In this document: in pieces, positions 1 through 9,185 of the stretch
Numbering within the stretch: the first letter of the stretch is position 1
How the letters are laid out: each line of letters starts with the position of its first letter
Source of the DNA: Geotalea daltonii FRC-32
Lineage (GTDB): Bacteria > Desulfobacterota > Desulfuromonadia > Geobacterales > Geobacteraceae
Reading direction: 5' to 3'
DNA: 32,000 nucleotides
NCBI RefSeq assembly: GCF_000022265.1
Contig: NC_011979.1
Coordinates: forward strand, 4,272,502 to 4,304,501
The notes under the pieces: model-generated
Told to the model about the DNA's origin: nothing
The model's database searches: none
What the model saw: only the letters and a program-made list of their open reading frames with translations
Translations under genes and position numbers: made by a program

Positions 1-1
1 C

Positions 2-2020
2 ATGTTCTCCTTCAACAACCCGTATGGTGCCTGCCCTGACTGTACCGGTCTCGGTACCCGCATGTATTTCGATGCCGAACTGGTTATCCCCAATCCGGAT
101 CTTTCCATCCGGGAAGGGGCTATCGCACCATGGGAAAAGAGGCTCTCCGGCTGGTACCACCTGACCCTGGAGGCCCTGGCCAAAGCCTATAAGTTTGACA
201 TTCGCACCCCCTTCCGAAAATTGTCCGCCAAGGCTCAGGACATCATCCTCAATGGATCAAAAGGCGAAAAGGTTGAATTCTGGTGGGAGGAGGACGGCGG
301 CCGCAAGCATACCTACCACAAGGAGTTCGAGGGAGTGCTGAACAACCTGGAGCGGCGCTACCGGGAAAGCGAATCGGACCTGGTGCGGGAAGAACTGGAA
401 AAATACATGAATGTCATGCCCTGCCCCACCTGCCAGGGAGCGCGGCTGAAGAAGGAAGCGCTGTTCGTCAGGATTGATGGCCACAACATCTGCGATGTCA
501 CCGCCCTTTCCATCAAGGATGCCCTGGAGTTTTTCGCCACCCTGCACCTGAGCCCCAAGGAAGAGGAGATTGCCCGCCGCATTTTCAAGGAGATCAGGGA
601 ACGACTCCATTTCCTCGTCAACGTCGGCCTCGATTACCTCTCCCTTGACCGCTCTTCCGGCACCCTTTCAGGAGGTGAAGGGCAGCGCATCAGGCTCGCT
701 ACCCAGATCGGCTCCAGCCTTGTCGGAGTCCTCTACATCCTCGATGAACCTTCCATTGGCCTGCATCAACGGGACAACGCCCGGCTGCTTCAAACCCTGA
801 AGCACATGCGCGACCTGGGCAATACGGTACTGGTGGTGGAGCATGACGAGGAGACGATCCTGGAAGCCGATCACGTCATCGACATGGGGCCTGGAGCGGG
901 CATCCACGGCGGACGGGTGGTCGCCCAGGGAACGCCGGCCGAGATCATGGAGAATCCGCAGTCTTTGACCGGCAAATACCTGTCCGGAAAACTTATCATA
1001 GAAGTGCCAAAAGAGCGGCGCAAGGCGTCCAAATTCCTCAGCATCATCGGCGCCAGCGAGAATAATCTGAACGAGGTGGAGGTGGACATACCGCTGGGGG
1101 TTCTTACCTGCGTTACCGGTGTCTCCGGTTCGGGCAAGTCGACCCTGGTCATCGATACCCTGTACAAAGTCCTTTGCCAACGGCTCTACCGGAGCCGTGA
1201 AAAGGCGGGTGCCGTTAAGGAGATCCAAGGACTTGAGGCCCTGGACAAGGTGATCAACATCGATCAATCCCCCATCGGCCGGACGCCACGTTCCAATCCG
1301 GCCACCTACACCGGGGTTTTCGCCGATATCCGCGATATCTTCGCCCAACTGCCGGAATCAAAGGTCAGGGGTTACAAGCCGGGGCGCTATTCCTTCAACG
1401 TTAAGGGGGGGCGCTGTGAGGCCTGCTCCGGGGACGGCATCATCAAGATCGAAATGCACTTCCTTCCCGATGTCTATGTCCAGTGCGAGGTCTGCAAGGG
1501 TGCCCGCTACAACCGCGAGACACTGGAGGTACTCTACAAGGGAAGATCCATTGCTGACGTGCTGGACATGACCGTCTCCCAGGCGCTGCAGTTCATGGAG
1601 CATATTCCCAGGATCAAGAACAAGCTGAAGACCCTGGAGGAAGTGGGGCTGGGCTATATCAGGCTGGGCCAAGCCGCCACCACCCTTTCCGGGGGCGAGG
1701 CGCAGCGGGTCAAACTTGCCAAGGAGCTGTCGAAGCGTGCCACCGGCAGGACCATCTATATCCTGGACGAACCAACCACCGGCCTCCACTTCGCCGATAT
1801 TCACAAGCTGCTGGAAGTGCTGCACAAGCTGGTGGAAGGGGGAAACACCATCGTCATCATCGAGCACAACCTGGACGTCATCAAGACCGCCGACCACATC
1901 ATCGATATTGGCCCGGAAGGGGGAGACCGGGGTGGCAAGATCGTCGCCACCGGTACGCCGGAGGAAGTGGCAAAGGTAACCGGTTCCTATACTGGGATGT
2001 TTTTAAGGAAATTGCTGTAA
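2..2020 (+). CDS. uvrA: Excinuclease ABC subunit A (UvrA), 5'-truncated by the window edge (C-terminal 672 aa present)
   Basis: The ORF is open from the window edge. It has UvrA hallmarks: [17 protein letters not shown] zinc module, ABC signatures [12 protein letters not shown] and [12 protein letters not shown], Walker [10 protein letters not shown], Walker B YILDEP (twice), and a second zinc module CEACSGDG...CEVCKG. Confidence 0.97.
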   Translation: MFSFNNPYGACPDCTGLGTRMYFDAELVIPNPDLSIREGAIAPWEKRLSGWYHLTLEALAKAYKFDIRTPFRKLSAKAQDIILNGSKGEKVEFWWEEDGGRKHTYHKEFEGVLNNLERRYRESESDLVREELEKYMNVMPCPTCQGARLKKEALFVRIDGHNICDVTALSIKDALEFFATLHLSPKEEEIARRIFKEIRERLHFLVNVGLDYLSLDRSSGTLSGGEGQRIRLATQIGSSLVGVLYILDEPSIGLHQRDNARLLQTLKHMRDLGNTVLVVEHDEETILEADHVIDMGPGAGIHGGRVVAQGTPAEIMENPQSLTGKYLSGKLIIEVPKERRKASKFLSIIGASENNLNEVEVDIPLGVLTCVTGVSGSGKSTLVIDTLYKVLCQRLYRSREKAGAVKEIQGLEALDKVINIDQSPIGRTPRSNPATYTGVFADIRDIFAQLPESKVRGYKPGRYSFNVKGGRCEACSGDGIIKIEMHFLPDVYVQCEVCKGARYNRETLEVLYKGRSIADVLDMTVSQALQFMEHIPRIKNKLKTLEEVGLGYIRLGQAATTLSGGEAQRVKLAKELSKRATGRTIYILDEPTTGLHFADIHKLLEVLHKLVEGGNTIVIIEHNLDVIKTADHIIDIGPEGGDRGGKIVATGTPEEVAKVTGSYTGMFLRKLL

Positions 2021-2968
2021 ATGAATGAATTCAGCGTAAAATTGGATAGTGAAACCCGCCGGGCTACGCCATGGCTGATTCTCACCACCTTCCTCTGGGG
2101 TGGCAGCTTTGTCTTCAACAAGATCGGCTTCAGGGAAATCCCCCCCGTCACCTTTCTGTTCCTTCGTTTTCTGTTGGCTGCGGTTATGATGGCCCTGGTC
2201 TGCCTTCCCAGGCTCAAGAAGATCAACCGCGACATTGTCAGGCGAGGAGCCATGGTGGGGATAGCCCTTACTGCCGCAAATCTCTCCTTTGTCATCGGAG
2301 TCAGCGGCACCAGCGCCACCAGAGCCGGTTTTCTCAACAATCTGTTCGTACTTGTGGTACCGCTTTTATGTTACCTCATCTGGCGTGACAAGGTTGACCG
2401 GCTGACCTTTGCCGGCCTCTGCCTGGCCGTATCCGGCATAATTGCCCTCGCTGCCGGCGGCGGCTTCAGCAGGGGAGATATCTTCTCCACAATCTGCGCC
2501 CTTTTCATCGCCCTTCACATCATTTCCGTGTCCAAGGTCCTCCGCAGCAATGACGACGTCTACCTCATCACCCTGTTCCAATTTATCACCGTCACCATAC
2601 TCGGCGGCTTGCTGGTTCTGATCCTCCCACAGCCTGAGTTTCACATGGGGCCCGTGTCCGCCGGTGCATTGTTTTACTGTGCGCTATTTCCCACCGTCAT
2701 TTGTTTTACCGTTCAGAATACCTTTCAGCGCTTCACCACACCCACCAGGGCCAGTCTTATTTATACGCTGGACCCGGTCTGGAGCATGCTGGGAGGGTTT
2801 GCGCTGCTCGGGGAGCGGTTGGGGGTGTGGGAAGCGCTGGGCTGTGTCCTTATTTTCAGCTCGGTGGTGATGCCCCTGACGGTCAAGCTGGTGGCGGAAC
2901 GGCGGGCGCTGCGGCTCTATCTGAATCAGGAGCGGCAGACGGAAGAAGCTGAAGCGTCCGGCAGTTAA
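2021..2968 (+). CDS. EamA/DMT-superfamily permease (about 10 predicted TM helices)
   Basis: The ATG directly abuts the uvrA stop (TAAATG). The protein is uniformly hydrophobic with the two-repeat EamA-like layout (WGGSFVFNK..., ...ALFPTVICFTVQN...). Substrate cannot be inferred. Confidence 0.85.
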   Translation: MNEFSVKLDSETRRATPWLILTTFLWGGSFVFNKIGFREIPPVTFLFLRFLLAAVMMALVCLPRLKKINRDIVRRGAMVGIALTAANLSFVIGVSGTSATRAGFLNNLFVLVVPLLCYLIWRDKVDRLTFAGLCLAVSGIIALAAGGGFSRGDIFSTICALFIALHIISVSKVLRSNDDVYLITLFQFITVTILGGLLVLILPQPEFHMGPVSAGALFYCALFPTVICFTVQNTFQRFTTPTRASLIYTLDPVWSMLGGFALLGERLGVWEALGCVLIFSSVVMPLTVKLVAERRALRLYLNQERQTEEAEASGS

Positions 2969-3975
2969 AATCTCCTGGTAAGGGCCAGATGGAGGGCCAC
3001 ATCAGGGGAGGTATAGACCGCCAAGTCTTCGGAAACGCCGATATCGAGGAAGGTCGTGGGGGAAAAGGCGATGGTCCCCCCCATGATCAGCTGTACTGCA
3101 CTGTCCCCCAGCTCGGGAAGGCTGCTGTCGCCATAGAAGGGAGTGTGGGCGGAAAGCTGGGTTTTAAAAGCAATGACATCGGCAGGACTCCAGCCGATGC
3201 CGATCGTACCGAAACCGACCAGGTTATTCTGCTGCTCCTTCAGTACCTTGCCATCGGTCATGGCCATCCCCCCTGCAGCGCCGAAGATGGTCCAGTGTCC
3301 CCATTTTTCCAAGGCATTATCGCGGCTGCCGGTTATCCAGATGGCCAGATCGGTGCTGCCGCTGCCGTGAAGCTTGGCACTGCTGCCAGTGGGGATTTTC
3401 AGGCTGGTGCGGAGCGTCGCCGCGCCGGGGCCATTCCCATAGATCTGATATGCCGCCGACAGCCGCACGTCGCCAATGCCGAAACTGGAATCATCCACCC
3501 TGAGCCGCTCCACCCCGTCCTTCTCATAGCTGTAGAGAAGCCGGTTACGCGGTGCCTCCTTGCGTCCCCCTTGGGGAAGACCGAAGAAATCGTGCCACCC
3601 CTCGATGAAACCGTCGGAAATGCCGCCCCCATGGCCGATCAGCGGCACATCCAGCCCCACCTCCACCCCCTGTGCCGCTCCGTAGCGTAGGGCAACAGTT
3701 GTCCGTTCACTCTCTCCATCAAGGAGTATTCCTTCTCGGGTCGCCACATCTATGGACTTGGCATAATTGGAGGCCATGTCTTGGGCAATGGTCACTTCGG
3801 CACGACCGGAAGCAGCAATAACGGCATTCCCTGCGGCAGGAAGGCCAAATATCTGTACCAAGGGGCTTTGATTCTGGGTGTAGAAGGGAGTTATTTCGAC
3901 AGCTGGGGCCTCATCCGCCCCCAAAAAGACAAGACAACCAAAGGCAAGCACAGGGAGCAGGCGATTTTTTTTCAT
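2965..3975 (-). CDS. Secreted outer-membrane beta-barrel protein, DUF3187-like (336 aa)
   Basis: N-terminal signal peptide MKKNRLLPVLAFGCLVFLGADEAPA, alternating beta-strand pattern, and a C-terminal aromatic residue (..LALTRRF) typical of BAM substrates. Size and sequence character match my memory of the DUF3187 family. The family call is from memory, not from a search. Confidence 0.7.
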   Translation of the reverse strand: MKKNRLLPVLAFGCLVFLGADEAPAVEITPFYTQNQSPLVQIFGLPAAGNAVIAASGRAEVTIAQDMASNYAKSIDVATREGILLDGESERTTVALRYGAAQGVEVGLDVPLIGHGGGISDGFIEGWHDFFGLPQGGRKEAPRNRLLYSYEKDGVERLRVDDSSFGIGDVRLSAAYQIYGNGPGAATLRTSLKIPTGSSAKLHGSGSTDLAIWITGSRDNALEKWGHWTIFGAAGGMAMTDGKVLKEQQNNLVGFGTIGIGWSPADVIAFKTQLSAHTPFYGDSSLPELGDSAVQLIMGGTIAFSPTTFLDIGVSEDLAVYTSPDVALHLALTRRF

Positions 3976-3993
3976 GGAGACCTTTGCATGCTA

Positions 3994-4026
3994 CTGCAGC
4001 CCTGACCGCACGCATCAGGGCTGCAG
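3994..4026 (-). other. Perfect 12-bp stem-loop between the two OMP genes (intercistronic RNA hairpin, no U-tract)
   Basis: CTGCAGCCCTGA-ccgcacgca-TCAGGGCTGCAG. It lies 19 nt downstream of the upstream OMP stop and 19 nt upstream of the DUF3187-like start. No T-run follows on the minus strand, so it is more likely a processing/stability or partial-termination element than a full terminator. Confidence 0.55.
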
Positions 4027-4044
4027 CGAAGAAATCTGCGGCCA

Positions 4045-5544
4045 TTAAAAGAGGAAATTGATCTGAGTCTGGACACGTGCTTCCTGGGGATAGGATTTGT
4101 CCTTATATTCAGCTGTATCTAAACCATAGGCTCCATCGATGTCAAGATTTATCCATTTGGTGCCGAAGGTAAGGCCTGCCGTGGCGGTCGGGCCGATTCC
4201 CTTTTCGGCAATATTGCTGTACATGCCGCCGCGCAGCTTGAACCATGAGAAATAGTGCCACTCAAAACCACCACCTATGTTGCGACTTTTATAGTTGTCG
4301 GAAGACAGCACCGTTTCATTGTCGGTCAGGTCCACGTCAGCTGCCAGCGTGAGCCAAGTCAAAGGATCGATGGATACCCCCATCCTGACCTGAGGCTTCA
4401 GTTTCACGTTGCCGCCACTTCCCGGCACGACATTTCCGTTTTTGTCTTTCAGATCGGGGGCGTCGAATTTCGGGGAATTCAGATGCTTGGCGACTATACC
4501 CACACTGACCCAATCCTTAGGACGCCAAAGCGCACCAAGATCAACGCCCAGGGCAGTGGAATCCTTGAAATTATCAGTCATGTCGCTGACAATGTCGCTG
4601 GATTCAACGTTTGTACCACTTTTGAGTAAGTAGGTTTGGGATTGGTAGACACGACCGGTCAGGATCTTGGCCGTAGCACCGATGCCAAGGGTGCCGAATG
4701 CGCCTAAAGGAACGGCATGCCCGTATGATAGCGGAAACTCTATATAGGCAAGGCTCTTGGTCAAAACAGAAGAAGTATTGTTGTCCAAGGTCTTTGTCCC
4801 AGGATTGGCAAGAGTTTGTCCCATGGTTATCAAGCTGCTGGTTGCAGCCTGGTTGGAAATACCCGAACCGGCCAACTGGGCATCGGCAGCATTGATTATG
4901 TCCTGGGCCTGGGCTGGGGTAAATTGATTGTTGGTAGTCAGCGCCATCTGGATATCCGTTCTCTGCTGCTGGCTGAAAAAGATGTTCGATGCAGCACTGC
5001 CGGCGACCGGCGTCGCCAGATCATTAGGGGTGATTGCTGCTGTGGTGGTCCCTGCGTTCGGCAGTATGTTGGTGGTATCCGGCACAGGTTGGGCAAATCC
5101 CTCAAAAGTGCCGAAGGCGCCGAAGGCAAAATGTTTGATCTGAAAACCGACCACTGCATTGCCGTTTACTGCCAGTGTGCCCTTTTTTTCCTCTATGTCG
5201 CCAAGGATGGAAAGAGCCTTGATGGTGTCCGTCACCGTCTGGGCGGTGGCAGAGCCAGCATTGTACTTGCTGAAGGTGTCGAAGTCGAGCTCGCTGAGCC
5301 TGTCCACATTGTCAGCCAAACCTTCATTCACCTTCAGCCCGACACTCGCGTCGACTCTACTGGAAAAGGACTTATCATTGAAAGCAAGTCCTGCCGGGTT
5401 CCAGTAAGGCGCATGGGAATCGAAGGTCCGGGCAACCCCGGCACCACCAATACCCAAAGTCCCCATAGGCTGAAATTCAGCGGCCAACGACGTGCCTGAC
5501 ATGATTACGGCCAATGTGCAGGTGCTAAGCCAGATTCTTTTCAT
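4045..5544 (-). CDS. Outer-membrane beta-barrel protein, TraF_2/PorV-like (NPAGLA motif), with a long Thr/Ala/Gln/Asn-rich central insert
   Basis: Start chosen at the second in-frame ATG (5544), which is preceded by AGGGGGA; the ATG at 5562 has no SD. Signal peptide MKRIWLSTCTLAVIMSGTSLA|AE, N-terminal GIGGAGVA...WNPAGLAF motif, and terminal ..QINFLF beta-barrel signature. Confidence 0.8.
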   Translation of the reverse strand: MKRIWLSTCTLAVIMSGTSLAAEFQPMGTLGIGGAGVARTFDSHAPYWNPAGLAFNDKSFSSRVDASVGLKVNEGLADNVDRLSELDFDTFSKYNAGSATAQTVTDTIKALSILGDIEEKKGTLAVNGNAVVGFQIKHFAFGAFGTFEGFAQPVPDTTNILPNAGTTTAAITPNDLATPVAGSAASNIFFSQQQRTDIQMALTTNNQFTPAQAQDIINAADAQLAGSGISNQAATSSLITMGQTLANPGTKTLDNNTSSVLTKSLAYIEFPLSYGHAVPLGAFGTLGIGATAKILTGRVYQSQTYLLKSGTNVESSDIVSDMTDNFKDSTALGVDLGALWRPKDWVSVGIVAKHLNSPKFDAPDLKDKNGNVVPGSGGNVKLKPQVRMGVSIDPLTWLTLAADVDLTDNETVLSSDNYKSRNIGGGFEWHYFSWFKLRGGMYSNIAEKGIGPTATAGLTFGTKWINLDIDGAYGLDTAEYKDKSYPQEARVQTQINFLF

Positions 5545-5935
5545 AATTCCCCCTTTTTTCATCTGATGCTCATGATAGTCAACGCATCATGGCATATTAT
5601 CTTAATTAGAATGTCGATAAATATATAAATTTATCTAGTTTCCATCTGGAAACTCCGGATGAGAAACTAGTGGTTTCCGATTCGGAAAGAGGGGATTTTT
5701 TGTTCTGGCAAGGAAATCAATGGCTTGCGCGGAGACGTACATCGGTACGTCGCACAAGTAAGCCCGCAGATTGACGCCGCCAGGGCAGAAAAGAACCCTT
5801 TCCGGATGGAAACTATCTAATAATTCAACATAGATATTAATCGGCGCGGGGATAATAAACTTGAATTGGCTCTTTGAACTGCAGTATTCTGCAGTGTGAA
5901 GCAGATTAACAACAAAGGCAGCGGAGTCCAATTGT

Positions 5936-8392
5936 ATGGAGCTTTACAAGGGCCAGACGAATCCTGGCCGCAGAATCAAAAAAAGCAGCGGCAACAACAT
6001 TTTCAGGGCCGCCCTCATTTCAGGCGGTGTCATTGCTTTCCTGGCCTTCCTCTCTTTCATGGGCTACTTCTTCTTTCTTTTAGGCACCCTGCCCAAAGTA
6101 GATCGATTGGCCGATTATCGTCCCCCCATTGTTTCCCAGGTCTTCGGCGCCGATGGCAGCCTTGTCGGCGAATTCTACCTGGAGCGCAGGACCGTGGTCC
6201 CGGTTGACAAGGTGCCGAAAAAATTGATTCAGGCCTTTGTTGCCGCGGAAGACGCAAACTTTTACCAGCACAAGGGGATCGATTATCTGGGTATAGTACG
6301 TGCCGCCTTCAAGAATTTGATTTCCATGCGCAAAAAGGAAGGTGCTTCCACCATCACCCAGCAGGTTGCCAAATCGATGCTTTTGACGCCGGAGAAAAAA
6401 TATTCCCGCAAACTCAAGGAAGCAATTCTGGCCAAGCGCATGGAAGAGCGGCTGTCCAAAGATGAGATCCTCTATATCTATCTCAACCAGATATATCTCG
6501 GCGCCGGCTCTTACGGGGTTCAGCTGGCAGCTGAAACCTATTTCGCCAAGAACGTCGAGAACCTGAACCTGGCTGAAATGGCCATGCTGGCTGGGCTGCC
6601 CAAAGCCCCCAACACCTATTCGCCCATCAAGCACCTGGAAAAAGCAAAGGAGCGGCAGAGCTACGTACTTGAGCGAATGGTCAAGGAGGGCTACATAACC
6701 CAGGCGGAGGCCGATCACGCCAAGAACACACCGGTCCTCATCCGATCCCTGAAAAAGGTGAACAGCGAGCAATCGGCCTATTTCCTGGAACAGGTGCGTA
6801 TCCAGCTGGAAGAAAAATATGGAGAGGACCGGTTGTATAAGGAAGGTCTGAAAATCTATACGACCATGAATGCGGAGATGCAGAAGGCGGCCTATGAAGG
6901 TGTAGTCAACGGACTCAAGGCAGTTGACAAAAGGCAAGGGTTTCGCGGCCCCATCAAATACCTTTCTGAAGCTGAAATTGGTGATTTCTGCAAACATGTG
7001 GAAGACAGTATTGATTTACCCTCCCTAAAAGAGGGGGCTACCTATCAGGGGGTAGTTACGGCCGTCAATCCGGGGAAAAGTGAGGTAACCGTCAGAGTTG
7101 GTGACCGCACCGGTATTCTCAACCGTAAAAACATGGCCTGGGCAGGCAAGCTCAATCTGCTGGCGACCTACGGCAAACCCGAGCGCAAGGGAAAGACTCT
7201 TAATCCCGGAAGCGTCATCGAGGTATCAGTTGTCACGCCTGACGTGAATAAAAATGGCACCATCTTTGCCCTTGATCAGGAGCCGGAAGCCCAGGCGGCA
7301 CTTATCGCCATGGACCCCCAGACCGGCGGAGTGCGGGCCATGATAGGAGGATACGATTTCAAGAAAAGCCAGTTTAACCGGGCCATGCAGGCAAAGCGCA
7401 ATCCCGGTTCCGCCTTCAAGCCGATCATCTATGCGGCTGCCATCGACAAGGGGATGAGCCCGGCAACCCTCATCGACGACTCGCCTGCAGAATATGAGAG
7501 CGGAAAGGAGCAGGCATGGAAGCCTAAGAACTACGACAATATCTATCGCGGTCCGGTTACCATGCGCGAGGCGCTGACCAATTCCATCAATGTCGTCAGC
7601 GTCAAGATACTTGAATCCATCGGCGTCAACACGGCCATAGAATACGGCAAGAAACTGGGAATCAGCTCCCCCCTCGCCGCCAACCTGACTCTAGCCCTTG
7701 GTTCATCAAGTCTTACACCAATGGAACTCACCAGCGCCTATGCCGTATTTGCCTCCGGAGGCTTCAGGGTCACCCCTTATTTTGTGACCAAGGTGGTCGA
7801 TCGTGAAGGAAACATCCTGGAAGAAACTTCACCTCCCCCACTGCCCGTCTTCTCATCAACGACCTCTGCCTTAAACCTGGCCATGCAGGACGTTAAAAAT
7901 AACAACTCTGCCGCCAGCAGCCCGACGGCAGTCCCGGTTATTTCTCCCGAAACCGCCTACATTATGACCAACCTCATGCAAAGTGTCGTAACCAGCGGTA
8001 CCGGTCAAAGGGCAAGGGCACTTGGCCGACCGGTGGCAGGCAAAACCGGGACGACCAATGACATGAAGGACGCCTGGTTTATAGGCTATGTGCCGCAGTT
8101 GGTAGCCGGTGTGTGGGTTGGCTATGATCAGGAACGGTCCCTGGGCGCCGGCGGCTCAGGCGGCCAGGCAGCAGCCCCCATCTGGACAGAGTTCATGCAG
8201 CGTGGTCTGGCTGGAGTATCGGTTACTAATTTTCCTGTTCCCGGCAACGTCACCTTTGCCCTGATCAATCCGCGCACCGGACGATTGGCCAGGGAAGGAA
8301 GCGAAGGTAGTGTAACCGAGTGCTTTATTCCCGGAACAGAGCCAACATCATATGATGGAGATGCCACTAACGCAGGCGATGAAATTAATTAA
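5936..8392 (+). CDS. mrcA: Bifunctional class A penicillin-binding protein 1A (glycosyltransferase + transpeptidase)
   Basis: N-terminal TM anchor. GT51 motifs EDANFYQHKGID, GASTITQQVAK and RKLKEAILAKRME. Transpeptidase motifs SAFKP (SxxK), SIN (SxN) and KTGTT. GGAG lies 9 nt upstream of the ATG. Confidence 0.96.
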   Translation: MELYKGQTNPGRRIKKSSGNNIFRAALISGGVIAFLAFLSFMGYFFFLLGTLPKVDRLADYRPPIVSQVFGADGSLVGEFYLERRTVVPVDKVPKKLIQAFVAAEDANFYQHKGIDYLGIVRAAFKNLISMRKKEGASTITQQVAKSMLLTPEKKYSRKLKEAILAKRMEERLSKDEILYIYLNQIYLGAGSYGVQLAAETYFAKNVENLNLAEMAMLAGLPKAPNTYSPIKHLEKAKERQSYVLERMVKEGYITQAEADHAKNTPVLIRSLKKVNSEQSAYFLEQVRIQLEEKYGEDRLYKEGLKIYTTMNAEMQKAAYEGVVNGLKAVDKRQGFRGPIKYLSEAEIGDFCKHVEDSIDLPSLKEGATYQGVVTAVNPGKSEVTVRVGDRTGILNRKNMAWAGKLNLLATYGKPERKGKTLNPGSVIEVSVVTPDVNKNGTIFALDQEPEAQAALIAMDPQTGGVRAMIGGYDFKKSQFNRAMQAKRNPGSAFKPIIYAAAIDKGMSPATLIDDSPAEYESGKEQAWKPKNYDNIYRGPVTMREALTNSINVVSVKILESIGVNTAIEYGKKLGISSPLAANLTLALGSSSLTPMELTSAYAVFASGGFRVTPYFVTKVVDREGNILEETSPPPLPVFSSTTSALNLAMQDVKNNNSAASSPTAVPVISPETAYIMTNLMQSVVTSGTGQRARALGRPVAGKTGTTNDMKDAWFIGYVPQLVAGVWVGYDQERSLGAGGSGGQAAAPIWTEFMQRGLAGVSVTNFPVPGNVTFALINPRTGRLAREGSEGSVTECFIPGTEPTSYDGDATNAGDEIN

Positions 8393-8593
8393 TTTTTTCT
8401 TTATTTTGTGCAACAGCAGATTTTTCCCCACTGCATAAGTAATTGATTTTTAACTATATTTTACAAATGCTCTTTTGGCGGGCATCCGCAAAAAATGGTC
8501 TTTGCCATCCTTTGCTGGACCTTGAAGGGGGAAAACAGAGCTGCCTAAAACTGCTACCCTCTTTAAAAAAAATGTTTTTTTTTAAATAAACCC

Positions 8594-8621
8594 TTGCAAA
8601 CTGCAAATATATGACTATAGT
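8594..8621 (+). promoter_or_regulatory. Sigma-70-type promoter for the HU gene (TTGCAA-16 nt-TATAGT) with an upstream A/T-tract UP-like element
   Basis: TTGCAA at 8594-8599 and TATAGT at 8616-8621, with a 16-nt spacer. A8/T9 tracts lie at about 8566-8590 immediately upstream. The motif sits about 35 nt upstream of the strong SD AAGGAGG of the HU gene. Confidence 0.5.
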
Positions 8622-8654
8622 ATTTCCAATTCTTACTCTAAAGGAGGGTTTATC

Positions 8655-8939
8655 ATGACTAAAGCAGAACTCGTTGAGGCAGTAGCAAAATCCGCAAGCC
8701 TGACCAAGGGTGCAGCTGAAAAAGCAGTCGGCGCTTTCATCTCGACTGTTAGCGGCGCGCTGAAAAAAGGCGACAGGGTTACTCTGGTAGGCTTCGGCAG
8801 CTTCGAAGTTGCAAGCAGAAAAGCCCGCACCGGTAGAAACCCACAGACTGGCAAGGAGATCAAAATTGCTGCTGCCAAGGTTCCCAAATTCCGTCCTGGC
8901 AAAGCTCTTAAGGATGCAGTTGCTTCCAAAAAGAAGTAA
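8655..8939 (+). CDS. hupB: Nucleoid-associated DNA-binding protein HU
   Basis: 94 aa with the canonical HU/IHF fold sequence: [11 protein letters not shown]...[44 protein letters not shown]. The SD AAGGAGG is optimally spaced. Confidence 0.96.
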   Translation: MTKAELVEAVAKSASLTKGAAEKAVGAFISTVSGALKKGDRVTLVGFGSFEVASRKARTGRNPQTGKEIKIAAAKVPKFRPGKALKDAVASKKK

Positions 8940-9015
8940 CGATCTCCCAAATGTGATTTTCTCACATTAAATCTGACTTGTCTGGTACCCATACATACAT
9001 AATAAGCCATACAAG

Positions 9016-9042
9016 AACCCCGCCTCTGGCGGGGTTTTTTTA
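9016..9042 (+). terminator. Rho-independent terminator of the HU gene
   Basis: AACCCCGCC-tctg-GCGGGGTT followed by T7. Confidence 0.85.
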
Positions 9043-9185
9043 TTCCCGATGGTGTCAAAACCCTCATGCCTTTCCAATGCCAGCATCTCGTATATACTCT
9101 ACAGATGTTGTATTAACAGTCCGTTATGTTATTATGTCTGCAAAATGCCCGCCCCTGCTTCAGGCCCGCTGTCAAGGAGTACTTC

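Noticed and set aside
5635-5931. A 98-aa minus-strand ORF filling the OMP/mrcA intergenic region.
   Set aside because: No SD and no recognisable fold or motif. The start overlaps the mrcA RBS region, and the segment is better explained as regulatory DNA with repeats and hairpins. This remains unproven either way.
5563-5935. A possible GEMM-I (c-di-GMP/cGAMP) riboswitch upstream of the OMP operon. I considered it because such riboswitches are frequent upstream of envelope genes in Geobacter.
   Set aside because: Neither strand shows the conserved GGCAAAC…GACGCAAAGC core or the tetraloop/receptor arrangement; only a loose GCGCAAGCC is present. An Infernal scan is needed for a definitive answer.
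668-6997. Other long antisense or out-of-frame ORFs: 668-1348, 1358-1897, 2989-3690, 4816-5499 and 6080-6997, plus the many 60-130-aa ORFs in the track.
   Set aside because: Each is nested in or antisense to a gene with strong family evidence (uvrA, the OMP genes, mrcA). Their compositions are Arg/Gly/Pro/Ser-skewed, and none has a plausible RBS or motif.
9126-9185. A longer N-terminal extension of the di-heme cytochrome ORF (start at 9126).
   Set aside because: The ATG at 9186 has an optimally spaced AGGAG and gives a canonical signal peptide. The extension would bury the signal sequence.
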